A stretch of 64,000 bases of DNA from Mobula hypostoma (GCF_963921235.1 NC_086097.1:160458001-160522000), one strand, 5' to 3'. Shown: positions 51,020 through 64,000, numbered from the stretch's first letter. The notes: generated from the letters alone by a model not told the origin. Translations and numbers: made by a program.

Positions 51020-53460
51020 CTTCAAGGCCCCTGACACCTGGAACTTACACCATACTGCTAGTGTCTTCCACAGTGAAAACTAATGCAAAATACTTATTCA
51101 GTTCATCCGCCATTTCATTGTCCCCCATTTCTACCTCTCTAGCATCATTTTCCAGTGGCCCATTATCGACTATCGCCTCTCTTTTACATTTTATGGTATC
51201 CTATTTAATATTATTGGCTAGCTTACTTTCATATTCCTTCTTCTTAATAGACTTTTCAGTTGCCTTCTGTTGGCTTTTAAAAGCTTCCCAATCATCTGAC
51301 TTCCCACTGATCTTTACTCTGTTTTTGCCCCCTCTTTGGCTTTTATGTTGGCTTTCACTTTTCTTGTTAGCCACAGTTGTGTTCTATTTCTTTTAGTGTA
51401 TTTCTTCCTCTTTGGGATGTATAGATCCTGTGCCTTCTGAATTGTTTCCAGAAATTCCAGCCATTAGTGCTCTGCTGTCATCCCTACCAGTGTTCTCTTC
51501 CAATCATTTCTGGCAGACTCCTCTGTCATGCCTCAGTAATTCCCTTTACTCTACTGTACTACTGATACATCTGCTGTTAGCATTTTCTTCTTAAATTTCA
51601 GGGTGAATTTGATCATATTATTATCCCTTTCCCCTAAGGGTTCTTTTACCTTAAGCTCTCTCATCAATTCAGGTTCAATACACAACATCCAATCCAGAAT
51701 AACTGATCTTCTAGTGGGCCCAACTACAAGCTGCTCTAAAAAGCCCTCTAGAAAGGCACTCTGGAAGTTCCCCCTCCTATAATCCAACACCAACCTGATT
51801 TTCCCAATCTACTTGCATATTGAAGTCCCCCCAAGACTATTGTAACATTGCTCTTTTGGCATGCATTTTCTATCTCCCATTGTAATTTGTAGGCCACATC
51901 CTTACGACTGTTTGGGGGGGGGGGTCTGTATACAACTCCCAACAGGGTCTTTTTACCCTTGCAGTTCCTTAGCCCTATCCACAATAATTCAACATCCTCT
52001 GACCCTATGTTACCTCTTTCTAATGATTCGATTTCATTTTTTACCAATGTCCCCACACTGCCTTCCTTCCTACCCTTTTGATACAATGTGTATCCTTGGA
52101 CATTAAGCTTTCAGCTATAATCTTTCAGCATGATTCAGTGATGCCTACAACATCATACCTGCCAATCTGCAACTGTGCTGCAAGTTCGTCTAGCTTATTC
52201 TGTATACTGCGTGCATGCAGATACACCATCTTCAGTCCTGTATTTGCCCTTTTCAATTTTGTCGCACCATGCTGAACGTTTTGATTCTTAACTTTGTCTG
52301 AGGTCTTACCAACATCTGCCTCCACAATTGCTCCACTAACCTTTCAGGCACTCTGGTTCCCATCTCCCTGCAACTCTAGTTTAAACCCCACGATGCAACA
52401 TTAACAAATCTTCCTGCTAGGATATTCGTCCCCATCCAGTTCAGGTACAAACTGTCCCTTCTGCACAGGTTTCACCTTCCCTGGAGGAGGAACCAATGAT
52501 CCAGAAATCTTATGCCCTCCCTCCTACCCCAACACTTTAGCCACCTATTAAACTGTATAATCTTCCTATTTCTGGCCTCACTAGCATGCAGCATGGTTAG
52601 CAATCCTGAGATCACAACTCTGGAGATCCTGCCCTTTAACCCAGCACCTAACTTACTGAATACCCTATGCAAGACCTCATCATTCATCTTGCCCACGTCA
52701 CTGGTATCTACATGGACCACAACTTCTGGCTGTTCACCCTCCCACCTAAGAATGCTGAGGACTCAATCCAAGATATTCCAGACCCTGGCACCCAGGAGGC
52801 AACATACCATCTGGGAATCTTGTTCTCAACCACAGAACCCACTGTCCATTCGCCTGACTCACAAATCTCCTAGCACCACAGTGTGCCTCTTATTCTCCCT
52901 TCCCTTCTGAGTCACAGAGGCAGACTTAGTGCCAGAGACCTGACCACTGTGACTTTCCTCTGTTATCATCCTCCCCCCCACCCCTGCCAACAGTATCCAA
53001 AGTGATATACTTGCTGTTAATGGGCATGGCCCCAGGAGTACTCTGCACTGGCTCATTAACCCCTTTCCTCTTCCTGACTGTCACCCAGTTGGCAGCATCC
53101 TGCACCTTGCAGGACGCTGGAAACTACCTTTCAATATGTCCTATCTATCACCCCTTCAGCTTCCCAAATGATCCAGAGTTCATCCAGTTCCAGCTCCAAC
53201 TCCTTAACGCAGTTTGTTAGAAGCTGCAGCTGGATGCAATTCTTGCAGTTGTAGTAGTCAAGGATTCTGGAGGTCCCCCTGCCTTCCCACAACCCACACG
53301 AGGATCATTACACTCTCATGCCTGTCATCCCTACTGTCCTAACTGATCAGATATAAAGAGGAGAGGGAAAAAAACTTGATCTTTTCTTTCCTTGGCTTTC
53401 TCTGAGTGAAGCCTTGAAGAGCTGAAACCTTAAGATCACCATTCTGACTATGACCACTCA
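51020..53460 (-). mobile_element. CR1 5' part (esterase ORF1 and EN), decayed
   Basis: VVLGDL, VVISGLL, YLHARSIQNKLDEL, VGITES, GVVYRPP. Confidence 0.8.
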
Positions 53461-53789
53461 GATTACATCTGCTGCAAAGAACACTACATAGAACACCCCA
53501 GTACAGAATCAGGCCCTTCAGCTTATCTAGTCCATGCCAAATCATTACCTTCATAGTCACATCAACCTACACCAGGAACATAGCCCTCTGGGCTCCTCCA
53601 ATCCATAAACCTATCCAAATTTCTCTTAAGTGCTGAAATTGAACCCGCATCAACCACTTGCACTGGCAGCCCATTCCATATTCTCACCACCCTCCAACTG
53701 AAGTTGTTCCCTTCTGTTCGCATACCTATTTTGACTATCTCTAACTGGTCTCTGTCTATCCAAACATATATCCAGTCCTTAAAATCCCT

Positions 53790-54158
53790 TCAGAATCAGA
53801 ATCCTTTATTATCGCCAAGTATGTGGACACATACAGGGAATTTGATGCCGGTTTCCCTGAGCTCTCACTGCACAGAATCAAAAAGCAAACAAAACAAGAG
53901 TGCAAATAATAGTGAACTAAATACAATGAGGTACACCTGTGTACGTACAGGTGGACTTGGTTTATAATAGACTAAAATTCAGGTGTTCATAAGACTGATG
54001 GCATATGGAAAGAAACTGTTCTTGTACCTATTTGTCCTGGCATACAGTGATCTAAAGCGCCTACCAGAAGGAAGGAGTTGGAACAGGTGATGTCCAGGGT
54101 GTGATGGATCTACAATGATGCTGCTTGCTCACTTCCTGACTCTGGATGCATATAAGTC
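53790..54158 (-). mobile_element. Rex1/Babar 3' fragment (preceded by a CR1 tail at ~53485-53750)
   Basis: DPSHPGHHLFQLLPSGRRFRSL; (CTGATT)n tail. Confidence 0.75.
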
Positions 54159-54317
54159 CTAGATCGAAGTTCCAATAACTGATGTCATGCTGAATAGTCT
54201 GTAATTTCCCAGTTTATTCTCAGAGCTTTTCTTAAAGGATGTAACAACATAAACTATCCTCGAATCCTGCAGCACCCCACCCATGGCTAAGGATGTTTTA
54301 TATATCTCTGTTAGGGC

Positions 54318-56840
54318 CAATGTTCCCTCTAAGCTGTGCGTGTGTGTGCGCGCACACACGTTTTTCAACCAGCACACAAAGGAAATTAATGTGCGCACAA
54401 AAGGTTAGTTACCTAAAATAATGTAGTAATTAATAATTATACTTATTGAAAATAATCTTTTAGCTAAATGTTTCTGTTAACTAGTTAGTTGGTTTTTCAA
54501 ATACCACAATGCACGTCACTAATTTACGTCAGCTCACCTATCCTTTTCCTGTTTGTACAGCTGCATCACAACGGCAGCCATTTTTGGCGGACAGTGTTCA
54601 TATGGTAAAGTTTACAAAGATCTAATTCAAATCCTGTGGATAGTTTACTATGTTTTTATTGAAAAATATATTGATTCACTATGTCGAATTCAAAAGAAGC
54701 GAAGGGCGTGAAGCACAAAAGACCTGCAAATTTATTTAAAGTTGAATGGCTTAACAAAATAGTAGAAACTACTACACTGAAAGCTCATGAGGTCATGAAC
54801 GTTCAGCTACGAGCAATATTTTTGTATGATTCGGAAACTGGAGTTATCTGCTTGTATTGTTGTGATGCAAAAGTTGCTGGAGACTTTGCTAGTGGAAAGA
54901 AGTGGGATGGTATTTGGAAACTTGACTTTTTGAAGCATCATTTGGCAAGTAAATCACATTTGGACGATGTACAAAAGCTCAGGCAACAGAACCCGTCATT
55001 ACTCGTTACAGGAGTGCTACGCATGTTACGGTTGAGTGCAGATGAGCAAGAGCGAAAACCATCAAACCCAGAGATCAAAGTTCTTATCAACAGTGTGTTG
55101 CTAGCTGTTAAAATGAATAACTCTTTATATTCAGTTCAACACACTAATGAACATATGGAAAAGTGTGGTCAACTTCCAGACAGCTGGCGAAGCAAGAATT
55201 ATGCGTTTGAATTTCTGGAGACTATCAACTATATTGTTCAGAAAGACATGTTTGAAGAAATAGCATCAGCAGGTTTTCATACGTTAGCAGTTGATGAAAC
55301 CATAGACATATCTGTCATCAAATATCTCATTCTATACTTCAAATTCAGATCTTAAGATTGTACTGTTCATAAAACATTTTTTGGCGGAATAGCTCAGCTG
55401 CAGGCGTATGATGCTTCTTCTATTGTTTCAGCGATCAAACAGTTTTATGAAGAGAAGAAACTGACCTCCATAAAATGGTGATGTTTACATCTGATGAAGC
55501 GTCACTAATGTTGGGCAGAGTTAATGGTGTTGCAGCAAGACTGAAACAGGACATTCCACACTTAGTTCAACAACACTGTGTAGCACACCGTGAAGATCTG
55601 GGGATTTGTGATGCATGGAAAGAAGTCAAATTAATTAGCAACATTGAAACTTTGATGAGAACAATCTATACAATGCTTTCTCGATCTGCAGTTAAAAGAT
55701 GTGAATTTAAAGAAATTGCAGAGGCCTCTGAAAATGAAGCTGTTGCTTTCAGAGCACTTACAGAAGTCAGATGGTTATCTAGACACTTTGCATTGCAGGC
55801 AATAATAAAAAATTATGAGGCACTGATCACACACTTTGAAGAAGATCAGCCAAATGACCCTGTGGCTAAATACTGTCACAGGAAATTGATAAACATCAAA
55901 TACAAAGTAGCTTTACAGGTTTTAAGTGATGTCTTTGATGAACTGGCCGCACTGTGCAAGATTCTGCAAAAGAGTGGCCTGACACCGATTGATTCACTTC
56001 ATTTTGCACGAGGCAAAATTAACAAGATAAGAAAGCAGTATCTGGGAGACAATATTTCGTGGAGTGACAAAGTTAAAGTATTGCTAAGCCAACAACGTGA
56101 AGAAAACGTCACAGTAGATACAAGTTTGCTGTTGACCTTTATAAATAGTCTTTGTGTTCATTAAGAAGAAAGGTTTCCTGAAGGTGAGGTACAAGAATGG
56201 TCAGCTTTTGATTTCTCCGCAGTTGCAGATTGTGACTTCACATTTGGCGATGAACAAGTTAATGCCTTATGCCTAAAATATCATGATTTTGTAGCTGAAA
56301 ATACAGTAATAGACAGTTTAATGATTTCAAATTTTTCATGCAAGAAAAAATTAAATCCAAACTGATTTCAAACTTTGCTCAAATAGTGGCATTTGTATTT
56401 CAAAATGAACAGTTTTGTGACCTTGCACAGTTGATGGACATTGGGGGAACCTTTCTTGCGTCTAATGTGGACTGTGAGCGAGGTTTTAGCCTAATGAATC
56501 AACTCAAAAACAAGCAGGGAAACCAGTTAGGTGAATGTCATTTGGATATGTTAATGAGAATCAAAAGCTATCAATTAGATGGAAATTATATTAGTCTAGA
56601 TAGAGATTACAAAGAATGGGTAAATGCCAAAGATAGGAGAGAGAAAAAAATAACTGAGTGACTTAAATATGTATGTTATTTTGTTGTTATTCTGTGCAGT
56701 TTTATGTCAAATATTTTGTAAACCTACATAAACTGTGCCATGTGTGCATTCAGTGTGCATATACTTTTGTCACAGGAAAAAAATTTGCACAACATAAGAT
56801 TTTTGCACACACGGACTACTAAAAATTAGAGGGAACATTG
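54318..56840 (+). mobile_element. Full-length hAT transposon (Tip100/ZNF862-like group)
   Basis: 15-bp TIR CAATGTTCCCTCTAA / TTAGAGGGAACATTG; perfect 8-bp TSD GTTAGGGC (54310-54317, 56841-56848). Confidence 0.93.
54681..56661 (+). pseudogene. hAT transposase, disrupted by two stops and two frameshifts
   Basis: C2H2-type N-terminus (CLYC..HLASKSH), DETIDIS, SDEAS, HCVAHR, RWLS, CERGFS. Confidence 0.9.
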
Positions 56841-56993
56841 GTTAGGGCCTCTGCAATTTCTGCACTAGACCCACAGGATCCGGGAAAGACTCTGTCTGGC
56901 CCTAATTTGCCTCAAGACAAGTAGCTTCTCCTCTGTAATCTGTATAAGGTCCATGACCTCATTGCTGCATTGCCTCATCTATATACCCTATGT

Positions 56994-58176
56994 CAGGGGT
57001 CCCCAACCTTTTTCGCACTGCGGACCGGTTTCATATTGACAATATTCTTGCGGACCGGCCGACCAGGTGGGGGGGGGGGTTGCCAACGGACAAGAGTAGC
57101 AATCAAATATGCTGGGTTTACCCCGAAAAAGACTACAATGACCATGAAGCTTTGCGCGGGCACCAGTGCGCATGCGTGTACAATTTTTTTCCACAAATCG
57201 TTTTTGGCGATTCTTTTCGGGCGGGGGGGTGGGTGTTAATCACGACTGGAATACAGATGATAATTAGCTAATGCACTCAATTTCGTTTCTAAAAGGGTTT
57301 ATCTAACGAATTTAATATTAAACACACGGCATATTTTCCTCGCATGAATATAGTGATAAGTCAATTATCAGGGGAGCTTGAAGTAAATGTTGAACGAACT
57401 TCCAGTAGAAGTGATAGAGGCAGGTTCGATATTATCATTTAATGAAAAATTGGATAGGTATATGGACAGGAAAGGAATGGAGGATTATGGGCTGAGTGCA
57501 GGTCGGTGGGACTAGGTGAGAGTAGCATTCAGCATGGACTAGAAGGGCAGAGATGGCCTGTTTCTGTGCTGTAATTGTTATATAGTTATGTAAGTCAAAA
57601 GCATCATAACATTTTAAGTATCGTTGGATATTAAACACGCAGCACATATTTTCCCCGTATGAACATATAAAATCATTGCAACACACCAATATCGCTGAAA
57701 CAGTGGGAGCCCTGGGATTATTATCCTGCAACAAGACGGTCCTATCGAAGAGTGACAAGAAACAGCGATACTCGAAGGGGGTTCCTTACGTCCAGTCTAT
57801 TCCGCAATTTAGTTTTCGTTGCAGTCATTGCAGAGATACATTGGAAATGGAAGCAACGTTTTCAGTGCTTCCGTGGCTATCTCAGGATATATCTAGCCTT
57901 GATTTTGATCCGAAATGCCGGCAGAGATGTTATGTCAAACATACTTTTCAGCCCGCCATCATTTACAAGCTCGAGGAGTTGATCTTCTTCCCGCACTGAA
58001 ATGGATGACGCGCGCGTAATGACCTCGCATGCGTAATGGCTCAACAGTGGCCGTGACAGGGAATGAGGAAAGGTGCAGCTGACTCATATCGCCAAATCAC
58101 ATCGTTTCCTCGCGGCCCGGTAGCGCATGCTCTGCGGCCCGGTACCGATCCGCGGCCCGGTGGTTGGGGACCGCTG
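56994..58176 (-). mobile_element. Charlie-type hAT deletion derivative with transposase C-terminus and an embedded CR1 tail
   Basis: TIR CAGGGGTCCCCAACC / GGTTGGGGACCGCTG; perfect 8-bp TSD CCCTATGT; minus strand ~58000-57700 reads EEDQLLEL..LLPFP..SAMTATKTKLRNRLDV..QGSH; CR1 3' tail at ~57398-57590. Confidence 0.9.
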
Positions 58177-59061
58177 CCCTATGTCCATCTCCCAAATAAA
58201 TACAGATACAAAAAAATGCATTTATGAACTCCCCCATTTCTTTCAGCTCCACCATAGATGACAGCTCTGATCTTTCAGAGGACTAATTTTGTGTCTTGCT
58301 ATCCTTTTGCTCTTAATATAGCTGTATAAACCCTTAGGATTCTCCTTCACCTTGTCTGTTAGATCAACTTCAGGACGTCTTTTAGCCCTCATGATTTCCT
58401 TCTTAAGTGTTCTCTTGCATTTCTTATGCTCAAGTACCTCATTTTTTACTACCTGCTTATACCTGCTATGTATGTCCTTCTTTTTCTTAACCAGGGCCTC
58501 AATATTTCTTGAAACTCAACATTTCCTAAATCTGTTATCATTGCCTTTCAATCTGACAGAAACAGAGGAACTCTGTACTCTCAACATTTTGTTTTTGAAG
58601 GCCTCCCTCTTACCAAGTACACCTTTGCAAGTAAACAACCTGCCCCAATCCACACTTGCCAGATTGTTTCTGATACAATCAAAATTAGCTTTTCTCCAAT
58701 TTAGAATCTCAACCCAAGGACCAGAACTATCTTTTTCCATAATTACTATACCTTGAAACTAATGGCATTATGATCACTAGATGCAAAGTGTTCCCCTACA
58801 CAAACTTCTGTCACCTGTCCTGTCTCATTCCCAAATAGGAGATCCAGTATTGCCTTCTCTCTAGTTGGGGCATTTGACAAAGTCTTTTCCAGCCATATTA
58901 CAGTATGGGAGTCCCAGTCAATATGTGGAAAGTTAAACTTGCCCACTATCACAACCTTAAGTTTCTTGCAATAGTCTGTGATCTCTCTACAAATTTGCTC
59001 CTCTTAATTCCACAAACTGTTGGATAGTCTGTCATATATTCCCATTAACATGAGCCGATTG

Positions 59062-59221
59062 ACCTGTTTGCTTCTTTTAAACTCTCTCTCCCTCCAGGCA
59101 ATCAGGTGTCTCCTCAGAACTGAGGCGCACAAAATGCGCTGACTCCCCTGTTCACTTCTTTCAAACTTTCTCTACCTCCAAGCAATCCAGTGTCTCCTCA
59201 GGACTGTCGCCTGCAAAAATG
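59062..59221. repeat. Two diverged tandem copies, ~85-bp period
   Basis: CCTGTT.CTTCTTT.AAACT...GTGTCTCCTCAG.ACTG...AAAATG at 59062 and 59147. Confidence 0.6.
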
Positions 59222-60579
59222 TCATTTTATGGGATAGTACACACATCCTACTGTTTACTGTAAACTTCTGTCTGCTGTCTTTGTAGAATGAGGTTCCCAA
59301 TACCATGCATAATATTCCATCTTCACATGAGCAGTTATAGACATGAACGTTACAAAGTGGGGATGTTACAATTTTCAAGGAGCAACCCATGAATCTTTTC
59401 CTTTGTCTACCCAATAAACCTACCTGTATTTTTTTCTGTTTCCCTGTAAATGCCCATAAGAAAATGACTCTCAAGATAGTATATGGTAACATATACAGTA
59501 CATACATTGATAATAAACTTACCTTGAACTTCAGTACTGAGGAAGTTGGTCTGGGAGAGAATGTCCAAGCTTCAACTTCATACTGTAGCTTGACTACAAG
59601 GCTCAGTCATCTTGCTTTGGAGTGTAATCACTATAGATTACACCTTTGACATTAGTCCTGAAGATTAGGTTCACTTCTAAAGGAATTTTGTTGGTGATGA
59701 GATGAAGCATGTGGTGAGGAAGACTGAAAAATGTCTGGGCAATATGGAGTGATTGGCTCGAAGTTATTTTCTGGCTTGTATGCCATCACTTAGCAAGTAC
59801 AAGAAAAATCTATCACCAAAAGGTCTGCAGTGTTTCAAGAAGATGGCTTGCTTTTTTCAGCATTGATCAGATCCTAAACTATGAACAAATGAAGCCAGAA
59901 ATGCATTTAAATAGATTACACCCAATCACCTTCTTAACTTCATCTACAGATGAAGTGTCTCACTCTGAAATGAAACATGTTTGTTTCTCTCCATAGATAC
60001 TGCCTCTCTGTTGTAATCTCTTCAGCATTTTGTATGTTGTCCTTAACTTTATCTACCCACCTCAGCTCTAAAACAGTTATTTTATTCTCCTAACAAAAAT
60101 CCATCAAGTTTATATTTTGTGTTCAAGAAAAAAAATGAACAAATATTACCTATTCCTCTCTCCATAGATGTTGCCTGACCTGTTAAGATATTCCAGCATT
60201 CTCAGTTTGTTTTACATATTGCAGATAATCACCCTGTGTCATAAAAACACACTTTATACCAGAAATTTCAAACCCAGCCAGATCACTTTTTTGGAGAAGT
60301 CACTCCTAGATTTCAGTCACTTTAGGCACTGATCTAGAACTACCTAGTTGAATGTAATGATTCCTTGTTTTCAACTTTCCTTCTTCTTTCTTGTCAAGCT
60401 CTTTCAATCATCTGAAAAACTGGAATTTGACCACCATTCAACTTCCTATGCTTGAGGAATCAAAAGCCTTGTCTATTTAACCTGTAACATAATTAAATCC
60501 TTTTAGTCCTGGTATTCTTCTGCTGAATCACATCTCTAATATATCCCATCAAGTGGGCAGAGCTAAAATGGTGCTGGAC

Positions 60580-61420
60580 AGCAACTTCTTCAACTTCATC
60601 TGTGGACACAGCTTTTTTTCTACTTTTAATGTTGCTCTTTTCCTGTTTCAAGGTGGAAGGGGTTCTGTCGTAGACCCTGACCCAGAGCTACATTCAAACT
60701 TTGGTTCTTTGCTCCAGAGCTCACCGACCGGTCTTTCTTTTGATATCTCAAGGCTGTGGCCTAGAAGATGGGAATTCCGAGGCTTTGCCGCCCTGGGGAC
60801 ATGTTGTTTCTTTGTTGGTGCCACTGACTGAAGTATCATAAGAGAAAACAGAATATCGGGAACAGTGGATCAGTTGTCAGAGTCTCTGTACGTGGTGGAT
60901 CACGCGCACTCTTTCTTTCTCCCATTGGTGAGGGAGAGTTTGTTACCGATTCTCAAGTTGGAAAACTCAAAAAAAAGCAACACAGCAGACTTCAACACTG
61001 TAAATCAGCAAGTTGTTTTGCTTATGTCTCCCCCCCCCCCCAATGAATGACACCTGTGTGACACCACTCTGTCCTTTTATTAGGGAGAGAAAGCACCTGT
61101 GGTATGTTGAACTGTCAGGTGAATGATTAGTTGTTGTACTGCAGATCATGGTCTTTCTTGGGGACTTTGCTATTGCTTGCTTGGTGGGTGGAGGGTACTG
61201 ATGCTTTTTTGCTGAAGTAATTTGGGGGGAGGGCTGTTACTTTGCTGCTGCTTGTGCATGGGAGGAGGAGTAGGAGAGCTTCGGGGTTCTAACATTTTTT
61301 ACTGTCACTCATTCTTTGCGGCACTTCTGTTTTTGTCTATGTCTGCGAAGAACGAAAGTTTCAGGTTGTATGTTGTATACATTCTCTGATATTAAATGGA
61401 ACTATTAAACTATTGAACTA
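60580..61420 (+). repeat. Unclassified non-coding retroposon-like repeat
   Basis: G/T-rich body ending ATTAAA plus an (ACTATTRA)n tail; related scraps at 50810-50990 and 59425-59535. Confidence 0.45.
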
Positions 61421-61974
61421 AGGCATGATGGCTTAACAGTAATCTAATATCCTTCAGAATATTATGGATAAAACCAGTAATTAAAATGTAACTGGGGTGA
61501 TTGAAGGGAAGACCAGTTACAAGCAAATTTCATTGGGATTTACATGTTTCTTTCAGATAGCATTCTAATCTGGATGATAAAGAGCTTTACAAACACAGCT
61601 ATGGTTTGGCTGGAAAGAGGGTGCAGAAAAATCCTTTGTCAATTTATTATGGTACTATTGTTTGTAGCATCCAGTACAATTTATCTCCGCCCAGTAGCGG
61701 CTAAGCAAAACTGTTTAATAGAAAGAAAAAGATAACAAAAATAGATAGATGTGACCCTTGCATTATGACTGTTGAAGTAATGAAGAATTTACAGAATTCA
61801 CAAATCACCACCCAAAATTCTGAAATATGGAATAAAATTTACCCTCATGGAACTTATATGTAAAAAAATAAATACATAAACCCAATACTGACTTTCTACT
61901 TGTGCAGATGACATGGCTTTTTACTACGGAAATTCAGGACATAGACTATTTTCTTGGAATGTGAACCCCTTGTA

Positions 61975-62285
61975 ATGTAAAACATAGTACAGTATAGCAC
62001 AGTATAGGCCCTTCAGCCCACAGTTTTGTGCGAACCCTTTAATCTACTCCAAGATCAATCCAATTCTTCCCTCCTGCATATCTTTCCATTTTTCAGTCAT
62101 CCATGTGCCTATCTAAGAGGCTCTTAAATGTCCCTAATGTATATACTTTGACAACCACTCCTGGTAGTGTGTTCCATGCACCCACTACTCTCTGTGTAAA
62201 ACTCCTCTAACTACCTCTACACTTTCATCACAATTACCTACCTTAAAGTTATACCCTCTTTTATAAGCCATTTCCATGCTAGGAA
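61975..62285 (-). mobile_element. CR1 3' tail
   Basis: TAGCACAGTATAGGCCCTTCAGCCCAC...GTTCCATGCACCCACTACTCTCTGTGT, as in the other CR1 ends. Confidence 0.7.
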
Positions 62286-62869
62286 ACAAAAACAAGTGTA
62301 AAAGGCGACTTTAGCTTTTACTGAACAGGTCACAGCTGCTCTTTAATCATTGATTTTCATGGATTGACTAAATCAGTTGGTGGATTTTAGTAGATCAATG
62401 ATCTGAAACACAAATTCTATTCTTTATTTATGCCTAGAATGGTATTGTATCAATAGTAGTTACTGCTGCTGCCTCTCAGCCCTAGGAATCTGGGTTAGAT
62501 TTTGACCTTGGGTGCAGCCTGCATGGAGTTTGCACGTTCTCCCTGTGAACTAATGTAAATTAAAATCATCAGCATGAACAATAAAGTGGCTATTTCACTT
62601 TATGGTTAACATTAATATATGCTAATTTACATTTAGTACCAACTCTGCTCAAATACATGTTCCGCTTTGTTTGCAAATACGTACAACACTGTGAGCAACA
62701 TTTTTGAAACTTTGCTGAACAAGTTCTTACACACATTTAAATGGGACCATTTTCTATGTTTATCACTTCAGAGACATGAATGGCACCTGGTATCCTGAAG
62801 TGCTTCAGATCACCTGAACCTTTTGCAAGTAACTTCATTGCCTTTCTCTATGTTAAGTGTTTGCTCAAG

Positions 62870-63030
62870 TAATGTCACTGTGGCCCAGCAGTCAGTGGGG
62901 CAGCGACACACTTCTTGAAATTCAGGTTTGATCCTGACCTCAGATGCTGTCTGTTGGAGTTTACTTGTCCTCGCTATAACTGTATGGGTTTTCCCAGGAG
63001 CTCTGGTTTCCTCCCACATTCCAGAGATCT
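62870..63030 (+). mobile_element. V-domain SINE fragment (another at ~62455-62550)
   Basis: GGTTTGATCC B-box-like motif; GGAGTTT...GGTTTCCTCCCACATTCCA core. Confidence 0.6.
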
Positions 63031-63136
63031 GCTGATATGTTCACTGGGTAAATTTCCCCACACGTAGAGGGTGAGAGAGTTAATAACATGTGAAGGTGAA
63101 TAACGGGATAAGTATCTAATGGCAATATTCTGAGAT

Positions 63137-64000
63137 TGTCAGGCCTGCACATGTAGGCACCTCTCATCGCCTCCCAGCTAATAGGATTCACCTGTCACTC
63201 GTTGTAAATTCATCATCTGCAGCCTATTTAACCCCAGTACTCATTGCTAGTCCTTGTTCACTTATTAACCAGCTGCTTCTAGCTTTCACACTATTGTCTG
63301 TTGTGTTTAGTTTCTGTTCTCTCTCGTTTTGTAACCTCTTGTAGCTTGTTATTTTGTGGTCTATTATTAAAATTACTGTTCACTGTTGAATTCTCTCTGC
63401 TGCTCAAGTTTCCTCTGCATTTCCTGACAGGATGAGTAAACCAGTGATTGACCCAGCAGAGTATGCTCACCTAAAGGAGGTCATCTACCGACATGAACAC
63501 ACAATCCAGAAGCAACAGGAAACCATTGATCACCTGGCCGCCACTTTCGTCTCACTCTCCGCCTCGATGCAGCAACTCTGTGACAGTCAGCCTCCTCCCT
63601 CTGAGCCTCAGATTCCTGTGCCCGAATGCTTCAATGCATTGCCATCCTGATGCTACAACTTCATCCCTCAGTGCATCTTCATCTTACACTTCGAGCTCCA
63701 GCTGTCTCTGTATTCTACGGACCGGGCCAAGATCACCTTCCACATTTCTCTCCTGACCAAATGGAACAATAAAGCCAACAATTGCAACAAACATGAGGAT
63801 TTCCTCACTGAGATGCATGGGATTGCAACCATCCCAGAAGTTGAAAGGAGGCAATGGATCGGATACTTTGTCTGTGCCAAGGCTCATGCCCTGTGCTGGA
63901 TTACATCATAGAATTCAGGACCCTCAGCTGCATGGAAGTGTTGGCAGCCACACGCTCTGATGTGCTTCAATGGGACTATTCCTCACTCCTTTCTGACCAT
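63137..64000 (+). mobile_element. Sushi-like Gypsy relic (LTR 63137-63429 and gag), same family as 22300-23660
   Basis: TGTCA...TGACA LTR with TATTTAA and ATTAAA; gag VIDPAEYAHLKE...EPQIPVPECF; shares ATTGACCCAGCAGAG with 22655. Confidence 0.78.

Larger units (their letters stand above)
54160..59225 (-). mobile_element. CR1 relic hosting two hAT insertions
   Basis: CR1 ORF2 text is contiguous across both TSDs (GNYRLFSMTSV ... VGEHFASSDHNAISF). Confidence 0.75.

Noticed and set aside
54681..56661. Host ZNF862-like domesticated gene
   Set aside because: Bounded by TIRs and a TSD and disrupted by stops and frameshifts, so it is a transposon copy.
63432..64000. PEG10/RTL-like domesticated gag gene
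   Set aside because: Preceded by an LTR, broken by stops, and has a decayed paralog at 22650.
1..64000. Prokaryotic systems (CRISPR, retron, DGR, defence RT) suggested by the many RT motifs
   Set aside because: All RT motifs sit in eukaryotic LINE contexts with stops, frameshifts and typical tails; no operon structure. Most ORFs in the track are antisense shadows of these elements.

Overview
Eukaryotic, non-genic-looking vertebrate DNA made almost entirely of decayed and nested transposable elements. The repeat mix (abundant CR1, Rex1/Babar, Penelope with hammerhead-bearing ends, V-domain SINEs) suggests a cartilaginous fish, probably a ray or skate (inference). I found no convincing host gene exon, RNA gene or intact ORF. 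Recognisable elements: one L1, many CR1 (one near full length), several Rex1/Babar, a Nimb/I-group LINE with RNase H, Penelope fragments, three Gypsy LTR relics, a non-autonomous Helitron with exact junctions, two Academ (XPG-type) deletion derivatives, a full-length hAT (Tip100/ZNF862-like) with 8-bp TSD, a Charlie-type hAT derivative, and a Tc1 end. The most notable signals are structural: an L1>Helitron>Penelope nest; a Gypsy leader that has no tRNA primer site and is instead complementary to its own LTR poly(A) signal; Tf1-type self-priming signatures in two sushi-like relics; and CpG-decayed hammerhead ribozymes. I cannot support a wholly new biological system from this window. Family names come from motif recognition, not database searches, and boundaries of old elements are approximate.
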